A DNA stretch of 47,042 bases from Moniliella sp. 'wahieum' (taxonomy: Eukaryota): contig RSEE01000127.1 in NCBI GenBank assembly GCA_003971905.1, forward strand, positions 124,001-171,042. Direction: 5' to 3'. Made by a program: the position numbers and the translations under genes. The stretch's first letter is position 1; every line of letters starts with the position of its first letter. This document shows positions 36,874 to 47,042 of the stretch, one piece after another. Under the pieces are notes generated by a model. The model was given only the letters and a program-made list of their open reading frames with translations. It had not been told where the DNA came from and ran no database searches.

Positions 36874-39800
36874 ATGTCGTCCTCAGAGGAGATCACATTT
36901 GAATCCCTTGCTGCCCAGTACGGCATCCCCATCCCTCTTCCCTCCATCGCACCCATTGCACCCATCACACCCATCGCACCCTCCGCGCCCTCTGCGCCCT
37001 CCGCGCCCATTGCGACCACCACCCCTCTTCTGCCTACAACACGTCTACATGCGCCCCCGGCCGGCCCCCGTACTGCCCGACCTTCCGTTCAACATACCCT
37101 CCATACATTTGTCCGCCCTTCCCCCACTCCAGTGCATCCACACCACCACCACCAACACAACAACATGAGCATCCCCCTCCCGACGACCCCCGCCCACCCC
37201 CATCGTGAATGGCATCCACCTCGTGCCAGTCCAGCGCCTGCCTCCACCGTTTCGGTCGTTGTATTCGTTTGGGTTGTTCAATGCAGTGCAAAGTTCTTGC
37301 TTTGACCGGGTACGTGTTGGGCTCTCTTTTTGCGCCCAATGTCGCGATGCAGGCGTTTCCGGGGTTGGTGGATAGTTACTTACTTGCTTATTGTGTCTTG
37401 GGATGCGTGCTGGCATCGCGTGGGGGTGGGCCGACTAAATGCGCTACCTTTCTTGGATGTATACATGCATGTATGCATGCGTTCTTGTTTGCTGCTTTTG
37501 CGCTTGTTGGTTGCTTGTGTTCTCTCTCGTCGCTGCTGGCCTTTTCTGGCTGCGGGGTGGATGGGATGGCAGGCGTTGGGTTCGGATGAGAATATGGTAG
37601 TCTGTGCACCCACTGGGTCTGGAAAGACGGTGGTGTTTGAATTGGCGATCGTTCGGCACTTGCGGGCTTTGCCTACATCGACGTCTTCCACCAAAACCAC
37701 CACCCTAACCAACCAGGTTCGTGATGTTTTTGTTTTGCCTTCTTCCTCATGGGCTAACCCTCCTTCTCCCTTTCTCTTTCTCTTATATTTCTTCTTCCCC
37801 CCCTTCTTCCCCCCCCTCGCTATGCCTCATATTTCGCCGCAATGGGTGGGAATGATGCAGATCATCTACATGGCACCCAGCAAGGCCCTCATTGCCGAGC
37901 GTATGCGCGATTGGACCGCCCGCTTTGGTCCGCTGGGCTACTCATTGGCCGAAGTGACCGGTGATACGGACTACCTTCAATCCCAAGCCGCCCGTACCGC
38001 ACACATTATCGTAACCACCGTCGACAAGTTTGAGGCCATGACACGGCGCAAAGAGGACCAACGAAACATCATGGCCCGGGCTCAGTTGGTCCTGATTGAC
38101 GAAGTGCATTTGTTGCAACAAGACACGCGTGGACCGCGTCTTGAAGCTGCCGTGAGCCGCATCAAGCTACACAACCATGCTCGCCGCCAGGACGGGATCA
38201 ACACCCCTACCCGTATCATTGCCGTGTCGGCCACCATCCCCAACCCATCGGATCTTGCCACGTGGATCGGCGCTGCCCATGTCCACCACTTTGGTGACGA
38301 ATTTCGTCCTGTGCCCCAACCGACACGTGATCGGCTACCCGCCCGGCCAAGCCACTGGCTTTTCTCCGCACCTAGACCAACACCTCTTCAATCTCATTCG
38401 CACCCACGGTGCACCAGCTTTGGTATTTGTCCCAACGCGCAATGCGACTGTCGCAAGTGCCCAACGGTTAGCGAGGGACTACGCCAACGCCCGCCGTGGC
38501 ACGGCGCACTTACCTTGGCCCGCCGTCCCTCCCAACCAGCGGGCCTCTCGATTTGATCATCCTGCCCTGGCCGAGGTGGCACGCCACGGCATCGCGTTTC
38601 ACCACGCGGGGCTTTCGGCCCAGGATCGGCATACGATTGAATCTGATTTCCTTCATCGCCGCCTAAGCGTGATCTGTGCCACATCGACCTTGGCTACAGG
38701 GACCAATTTACCTGCGCATTTGGTCATCGTCCGAGGAACTCAAACGTTTACTGCACTGGGGTGGAACGAACTGTCCGAACTGGATTTGGTTCAGATGCTG
38801 GGACGGGCCGGACGACCGGGGTTTGATACCCAAGGCGAGGCGGTAGTTATGTGTGCCGCTCCGATGGTAGACACGTATACCAAGCTCGCCACGGGCCAAC
38901 GACCTATCGAGTCGCAGTTGGGCAACCAGTTGCCCGAGTACTTGGTGGCCGAGGTAACCTATCATCTTTTTTCTTCTTTCATTGTCACATCTGGGGGATA
39001 CACTATCTGACGCTGATCCGGATTTTGTGTTGCTGCGAACCAGATTGGCCTCCGGGACAGTGTGACCAAGCAGGCGCTCTTGGTCTGGCTTCGGTCCACG
39101 TTTTTTTATACCCGCTTGCAGGCGAACCCGGTACGTTGGAAAAACAGCACTATCCTGATCACTGAAGTCTCTTAGGCGATCTGAACAGGAAGAGGACGAG
39201 ACTAGAAAAATAGTAGAAGGCTAACTTGTATTGCTCATTGTTTTTGCCCCTTTCTAACCCTCCGATTCCTCTCTCTTGTTATTCCAAGGAGCACTACCTC
39301 CCCTGCGACGATGCAACGGTCGAGGTGGCCGATGCAGAGCAAGTGAGCGGTACCTCGTCACCTTACTCGACCAAGTTCTTGACCGTCTGCAGCGCCACGA
39401 CTTGATTCGCATCGAGGGCGACACGGTGAACAAGTGTGTATGGAGGTACGTCGGCCTAACCCATCACGCTGTGCCCGTGTCAGCGACAGAGAAGCTGGGT
39501 GTATTGGTTTGACCTAACACGATGAATCGGGGGTGGGGGCAGCCATCATGGCAGAACACTTTATCTCTTACGACGTTGTCACCCCATCCGCGTTCTATCG
39601 GGTAGGGGAGGGGATAGAAAATCATGTGCTGACCGCTTTGTGAACAAATGGATGGATCACCAGAGCATGCTCACCTTGATGGCATCCTCGGATCGTCCGA
39701 TTCAGGTAGCGAATTGGGTACATCATGATGCTTCCCACGTGTACTTAAACAGTGTACTGTTGTTCTGACTTTGCCCTTGTACCAGCTGCACCGTATCGCT

Positions 39801-42696
39801 TCGGCGGCCGAGTTGAAGGACCAGCGGGTGCGCCAAGGAGAAGCTCGCTTCTACGACCAATTGCGTCGGCATGCCGATCTCCGCTTTCCGCCTGCCAAAG
39901 TGACCAGTGCCGCAGATAAGGTGTCGCTGTTGATGCAAGTACGTCTTCCCCCTCCCCTCTTCCCCCCCTTCTTTCTTCTCAAGTTTTCCCCTTTTCCCAA
40001 TCTATTACCTTTCTCTCCATCCTGCTAGGGGTTCTCGGGGGCATCCCCTTGAGCCAGTCTTACACCTGCCCAACCAAAGCACCCCTTCACTCGATGTGCG
40101 TGCTATTTTCCGGCTGGCGCCCCGCCTGGGTGCAGCATTGGACGTGGCCCTAGCCCAGCAGGATGGCGCGGCGGTTTGTTCGGCTTTCGAAGTGGCTCGT
40201 GCGCTCCATGCGGAAGCGTGGGATGGTTCCAGCGGTGCTCAAGCAGCTTGATACGTACGTGTTCCCCTTTGTTTGCTGTTCTGTCTTTACGTTTTTTTCT
40301 GTTCGTTCCCCTCGGTTTGCTTTATTTCTCTCGACACGCTTTTCCATTTAGTCTGGCTGCTGGGACGATATGACTGACGAAGGCAATGAAGGATTGGGGA
40401 AAAGCACATGCAAACTCTGTCGTTGGCCGGTTGAGAGTATCCTTGATGTTGCGCAAAGCACGTCGTCCCGCCTGGAAAGCTTACTGGGCCGTCACCCGCC
40501 CGTACGTCATCTCCACTCTCCACCCTCTTTGCCCCAAGGCCCGCTTTCGTATACTTACTCGCCCCTTTCCCCTTTCCTATATTTCCCATTTGGTTCCAAT
40601 CTGATAAGGAATGCCAAACGGTTCCCCCTCTTGAAAGTGACTGCGGAGATTACACAGACGACCATCGTGCCTGGCCGTGGTGTCGAGGTGACGCTGACGA
40701 TCGGCCTGTCGCTGCACACGACCAACAGCATTTACCTCCACCGTCGTGACGCGGGTGGTGCCATCTCGGCCGCCGTGCTTACCCTCACCTCGAGTCAAGA
40801 CTTAGTAGACTTTCGACGCATCCCGTACGTCCTTGGTCTTGCTTTCTGTTTGATTGTCTGGTTTCTGGGTTTTCTTGTTGACTTCAGTGATTTTCGCATG
40901 TCTATTCTTCCTCCCCACACGCTTTCCCGAATCAGCCTGAAAAGCTTGGCTTCCTCTGCTTCGCATCGATTCCGCGTCCAGGGTCTGTTGACGAAGCCCA
41001 CCGAGAGCCTGAGCGTTGACGCATCGTGCCTGGGCATTGCTTCGCCGCTGGTTCATGTTCAGCTTCAACCGGATTTGGACCGTAACAGTTTCCCCCCTCT
41101 TAGAGGTGAAAAAATCGACCTAACAGCGGCTACCATGGTATGTCTTCCTGCATGTCCTCTTCCCTCCTTCTTTCCTTTTGTACCTCGCATCGCTCTCCTT
41201 CTCGCCCTTCTTTCACCCTGTCCTTCTTTGCCTGGTGCTAACCCGCGGCGTTCAGGGTTTATCTTCAACCGACGAAACGGCCACCGCCTCCACCTCGACC
41301 GTATCCCACCTCGGGCCCACCCCAAAGGTTAACAGTATGTGTTGAATCCTCTTTTTCTCGCTTTAGAGGGTTCTGGGATGGACTGACGGTACCTTATTCT
41401 TTTTCCCGCGTCCAGACCCCAAGTTGACCACGGTGCCCTCCCCCACCTCCCATCCCCTCCAACGTCTAAAGCGGCGCCTGCGCTCTCTTTCGCCCCAACC
41501 TGAAGTAGCAACAGAAAACGCGGCTACAGCAACTTTGGTGCCCTCCCCCGAACGGAGATGTAAACAAATGCGCCAAACCGTGCAAACACGTCTGTTGCAA
41601 CCGTCCTGCTACGGCATCTTCCATCCCTTCCTCCAATAAAACTGTCCAGACGATCAAGCGCGGGGCAAACGCAAGGGTAACGGCCAAGACCAAGACAAGG
41701 GTAAGGGCAAACGCCCAAGTGCTTACTTATCCGACGAAAGCGACAGTGACTCGGCCCTGTTTGACTGTGCCATCCAGAAAATAAATGCAACAAGAGAGCG
41801 CGCTTGCACTTGCTTTCTTCTAGCGATACCTCGTCCTCCCCTACCCCGAGCTCGGACGAGTTTTGTGATCCCGCTTTGGATTCGGCGATCGAACTATTGG
41901 ATCTACAGCTAGTCCGTTCTGTGGAACAACGGGCGGGTATCAAGACTAGTGGGCCAGGACGGAATGGCGCAGTGCGTCCGACTGCTATCAACCCAGCCTC
42001 CGATCTTCTCACGCGCTCGACGCACCTGGTCGATTCAGCACAGACTCCGTTACACACGTCTCGGGATCGTGTTGGATCTACTCTGCCGCGTCGTTGTAGT
42101 TTTGCTGCGCCGTGCCCGTCCCATACTCTACCAAGCCATGCCGACCGATCAGCACAGGGAACAGACAATGCCAAGAAACAAAAAACCACCAGCACCGGCA
42201 CACCCTCCAGCACCGTTCCTTCCGGATTTACCTTGCGCTCGTCTCCATTCCCCCTGGTCTCGGTACCGGCGGAGGATTGCGCAGTGGATTTGGGGGTCGG
42301 GGACAAGCCCAAACACGCCTCGCTAGGGCGGAAGAGGAGGAAGTGGGGAAGTGGGGGAAGAGGAGGACGAGTCGGATGAGCTGGACTCCGATCCGTTTCA
42401 TCAGGCAAGTGGCCAACCCCGTAGCCAAGCGAGTGGCGAACCAAGTGGCACAAGATGGGGTTATACGACGGCGTGGGGCCCTCCATCGGGATCGACAGTG
42501 TTGCCTGACTCTGTACCGGACCGTACAGAAAAGGCTACCCGCCCACCGAACGGGAGGGAGACGACGCACCTGGCCAAGGTTCGGAGGGGGGAAAGAGGAA
42601 CAGCAACACGAAAAGGAAGGGCCAGAAGGATCAGACGTGTTGGAGGACCTGAGGATGCTGGACCAGGTACCGATTAATAGGGCGCTCACCAGCTGA
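36874..42696 (+). CDS. MER3: Meiotic Ski2-like DExH ATP-dependent DNA helicase Mer3/HFM1
   Basis: FGLFNAVQSSCF (Q motif), SDENMVVCAPTGSGKTVVFELAI, IYMAPSKAL, LIDEVHLL, RGPRLEAAVSR, IIAVSATIPN, HGIAFHHAGL, TSTLATGTNLPAHLVI and QMLGRAGRPGFD, then IESQL, WLRSTFFY and a Sec63-like region (KVSLLMQ, LVDFRRI). Many introns (e.g. 37310-37572, 37717-37860). Low-complexity C-terminal tail; stop at ~42677-42696. Confidence 0.9.
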
Positions 42697-45600
42697 GCGG
42701 GCCGAGTTGTGGTTTTGATTGTTTGTTGGCGTGTGAGTTACTTTGACCTAGCGGTTGTAATGATTCGGTTCTTGGTTCCTCCCCGGACTGAGGTTTGGGC
42801 CCCGTAGGTGAGCTTCTTCGTGGTGGAAATACCGGTTGTCGTCATGAGCTTTTGGGTACGAATGAACAACACAGCATCGTTACCGAACCCAAACAGATCC
42901 TACCATTTGCCCATAGCACTGCAGGTGCTAACCGATAATTGAATGGTGGGAACGAAATAGCGAGGCATAGGCTGAAAGATGCTGATGAGATCGACGAGAT
43001 GCACAGTTGCTATCAGATGCCAAGTAAACTACTCTTTTCGGGAGACACGCACCTGCTCAATCACTCGAACTAACCACTGTTGCGGGCAACAATCGCAGTG
43101 CCGTGGCCACGAAGCACCACTCGCAGCGCGTCTTGCACCACCGCCAGTTTCCCGCCCATTTCCAGCCCAGAAACCCGCAAGACAGCCTCCTATGCGTTCG
43201 CAACTTGTTCCCCTGACACTTGAGCTTGGCAGGGAAGAAAGCAGTCTGGCAGGGTGTGGTTCTCATGCATTACACGTAGACAGGCCTCGGAGAATGAACG
43301 TACCAAACATACCCCATCCCCCCGGACAGCCGGGTCTTGGGGCGAGCGCTCAGCTCGCAATGCTGGCCGGTTATGCTCCACCAGGCCTCTGCAATCGGCC
43401 GCGTGATGGGAACGGGGGTCTTGATTTGGCCTCTCACCATTTTCGGGCACCGACGTACCCTCAATGGGACTCGGATGGCGCGGTTGACGCGTGACGGCCC
43501 AAGCGGTCTACTCGGCAGAGCAGCGTCGTCTTTTAGCGGGCGAGCAAAACCGTCGCGTCTTCCGTGCAATGTGCCAAGTCGAGGAGCAGGATCGTGTCCC
43601 TCTGGTGGGGCGGCCGATCACCTGGTCCCCCCATACGTTCGCCTCGCTGCGCAAGTCGATACTTTGGCGCGTTGAGCAAGTTAAGATGAGAGTAGCACAT
43701 ACTTACCTAAACCGACGGGCATGGGGATGGCAACATTGTTCTACCATTGACCAACCACATTGCCGCGATCGTCGCGCCTGATGACGTGTACACCGTGCCA
43801 TTGCTGCTGACCTACCGAGGGCAGGTTGGATCGCGCCAGATCCGTTTCTTCCCCTCGTTAAGGGAAACAGATGACAGAGGGTCTGCTGCAAGCGCCCACT
43901 GCAAAGGAACGACCGATGCGGCAAGGGGAGGCAATTTAGGCGAGTGGCTTGATCCGCACTTTTGGTCCGGAAGAACACCATTCGGTGATCCTAGCCCCAA
44001 TGCAGAAGCCCACGATCTTGGCGCGTTGCGCTTGCGCATCTTACACGCTGTGTTTTAAGCCGAGCGACGTAACACAACGGAACCTTTCCTTTTTCACTGG
44101 GCCCTTCGCCTCGGTCGCCTTTTCTTCTTCGCCTCGGTCGCCTTTTGTACGAAATGTCCAGCCGACCCACAATCTGCCCCTCTCTCTTTTGGAATTGATT
44201 CCCACATGGGAGAAGAGGGAGAGGGTACTTAATATGCAGAAGTAGGATATTGGCCCCAAGACGAGACGGAGCCTGGAAGCACATAAGGCGGGACCTGGCA
44301 GCCCCGCCGCCACCACCCGAAGTTGTCGTTGCTTGGCGGGGTGATGAATCTGGTGCGGAGGCGATACTTCTGCAGATGGAGGGGTGATCACTTTCTTGTT
44401 CCCGTCAGCTATTGGGCTCCGGCAAGCATATTTGTACCTGTTTAGTGCGCCGGTCAGTACATCACAGCAGAGTAAGGCATGAGTGCTTTCGTACCAGGGT
44501 AACATATAGTCGGTAGAGTGGTACCAACGCCGCGCATGACAGCGTAAAAAGGATTCGGACGTCTAGCAATTCGGCGTGGCCGTATGACCGAAAGGAAGGC
44601 GGCAGCGCGATAGGCTTTTGCGGATGTAAACGCAACAGAAACGGAACGACAAGATGCAATACGGCGCCACAGTGTACCTTGATGGAAGTGTGACCCCGTC
44701 TTGGTCCAACACCGCCATGCGGGACATGAGCGATATGAGCCCAGCCTCGCTCGTCGATGGAGGAAGCAGCAGTACGAGCAGTCTCACAGCAATGGTGGGT
44801 TCCATATCAACCCCACCTTACCAGCGCAACTGCTGGAAAAAATGCTGGAATGTCGTCATTGTTGGCACCCCGTTGCAAGGTATAGCCCATACCCATGTCA
44901 GGATCCTCCTCAGGTTGATGAGGCACAAGCTTGTTGTTTTGCCCCACTCCGACAAGCCCAAACGCACTGCGCTCCGCGGATTATGCGCTTCGGTGGCACA
45001 CGAATCGCCTGGGGTTTTGTAATTGGAAGGGGAAGACCGTGTTGTGGGAGGGAGTGAGTGCCGAGGAAATGAGCACCGGTTTGGACGAATCGGACGTGGC
45101 TCTGCGCCCCCGATGCCGTTCATGGTCCCTCATTGGTCACGTCGCGGAGCTCAGCAGATAGAGTTAACACGCATGCTGAAGGTGGCGGTCAGGGCGATGC
45201 CTTGGCATACGTGTGGTGGTGGTGGTGGCGGTGAGAGGATGGGGGCAGGCCCGAAAACCAGCACCGTTCGCTGGCAAACGGGGCACAATCTGCAGCAACA
45301 GAATGAGCTAGGGTTAATTATAAATCCACAAGCTGCGCTTCGAGGGTGTACGCTCGATAGGGTGAACAGAGCCGAGGGAAGCACGATACTGCCTCCGGAC
45401 GCAAACCCTATATATGGGCTCTACACGTTACCGAGGGTGCGCGGTGGATAGATGCAGCGACTCTATATGTGCTCTATAGTATGAAGCGTGCGCGGGAAGC
45501 GCTGTAGCTGGCGAACGGTTGGAGGTACCGCGAAATGGTATTAGACCAAAGTGGAGAGGGCGGTATGGAGGAGGTATGGGCGGAGTGGGGCCCGGGAGAT

Positions 45601-46394
45601 AGGTTGCCGGGCATGGGCGGGTGGGGGCAAAGATGGGGGGTAATATCGCATATAGCGGCTCAGGAAGGGAGATGAGGGCAGGGTGTATTAGTACAGGAGG
45701 AGTTGTACCCGGTGTGCAAAAGGAGAGCGGGGGAGGGGCGCGTACAGAGGAGAGGGGGGCAAAAAAGAACCACGGCACCGAGTTCCCACGTGGTCCCCCA
45801 TCGTAGTACTGACTGGGCAATACTATGGTTAACTTCGCAGATCGGACGGGATGCGGTGCTTTCACAGTTCTGTGGCCGGATGAGGGTATGACCCTGTTCT
45901 AGATCTTCCTTGGCCTCTTTTGTGTCTCTTTCCCCTCTTCACGAGTGGTCTACCGTGTGATCGCTACGTCATGGCCTCGGATCCGCTCGACACTCTGACG
46001 CCGCATCAGTTCCCGAGATACCCAGGCCAGGTTCGCGCAGCAGGTGCATCCACACCACCCCCCACCATTGTACCCAGCTTGGACCGCGCGCCCAGGCGTG
46101 TGGGCGGGGCTGCACATGCCCAACCGAATCGGACATGTCGGTGCTGTGGAACACACTGCTGGCCATGGGACGGACGCAATAGGTGTTGTTGGATGAAGTG
46201 CGTGCGCTGCGGCCGAGGTACACCGTGTCCGAAGCTAGCCGGAGTGTGGGCCAAGGCGGTCGTGCATTAGCCCAGATTGATTCTCTTGCTTCATTTTCGG
46301 AGGGTAGTCGCCCTCTCTGCCTTCTAACTTCACTTGTTGAATCATGGCGTTGGTTCTGTGGACAATACTATATAACCGATGTGTTCACACGCCG

Positions 46395-46840
46395 GCTGAA
46401 GGAAGGCTGGCCCGACTGGGCAGATGGAAAGCTGTACGACGAGGTTGGAAGACGGAGAGGCAGCCAAGAACAGGCGAGGTTGCCTGTACTGAAGCAATTG
46501 GCTGGAAACGGGAAGAAGTTGGACACAAATGTGGGAAGAGACGAGAATCGAAGATGGGGAAAAGGATCCCGATCAACCAGAGGGACAGACTAGATCAACG
46601 GGGAAAACGGATACCATAGGGGTATAGAGAGGAAGACATGTTACAAGGGGGCTGGTTGCCTCAAACACAACGAAGAGAAGGGTAAATTAGGTGGTGACGG
46701 GGCGACATTCGTTGCCAAGACACCGAAACTTGGTGGCCTAGTCTTTAGACCAATCGAGTTTGACTTGGGCGTGGGGCGACCATTGTCCCGCGGAGATGCA
46801 TGGCCACACTCGGGCCGCCTCTGTCATGTAGTTTGGCTGA
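46395..46840. repeat. Diverged dispersed repeat, copy 2 (homologous to 24685-24970, with ~160 bp extra internal sequence)
   Basis: The same four exact blocks as copy 1, in the same order and orientation. The gap between blocks 2 and 3 is ~237 bp here versus ~79 bp in copy 1. Confidence 0.85.
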
Positions 46841-47042
46841 TCACACTCCCATTTCCAAAATTCTTCGTCTTGTTGAGCGTCTCGCTTTTGCCCTGTTTCT
46901 TCCCTCGCCATGTCCTCTGCTCTTTTTTTTCTTCTTCCCACGAAAATTGCTACAGCCATTGGTCTAGTCCCGATTCTGATCTCCCTTGCCTTAGCCCCAA
47001 CTGCGACACCCTCTGCCTCTATACTAATCGCAGGGGTTAGGG

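Overview
Eukaryotic, GC-rich fungal DNA, most likely a basidiomycete (short GT..CTRAC..YAG introns). Single-base indels in short homopolymers break even essential genes, so the frameshifts are most likely long-read consensus errors and the gene models below are stitched by eye across frames. Recognisable genes: glycerol-3-phosphate dehydrogenase GPD1 (+); a COG3044/PF09818-type 'ABC-class ATPase' (MRB1590-like) with an N-terminal RGG box (-); Sm D1 (+); a membrane-anchored GH79 glycoside hydrolase with a long cytoplasmic tail (-); a multi-C2H2 zinc-finger protein (-); SDH3 (-); a multi-RING protein (+); an HDHD1-like HAD phosphatase (-); and the meiotic helicase MER3/HFM1 (+). There are also two unidentified low-complexity genes, and lower-GC stretches between genes that hold decayed ORFs. 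Main leads: (1) the RGG-tailed ABC-class ATPase; (2) intergenic patches packed with short palindromes centred on T[G/C]A; (3) a diverged repeat shared by 24.7-25.0 kb and 46.4-46.8 kb; (4) the receptor-like GH79 architecture; (5) a kinase-like relic at 3.3-4.0 kb; (6) the window ending in GGGTTAGGG. No CRISPR array, intact transposon, RNA gene or biosynthetic cluster was found.
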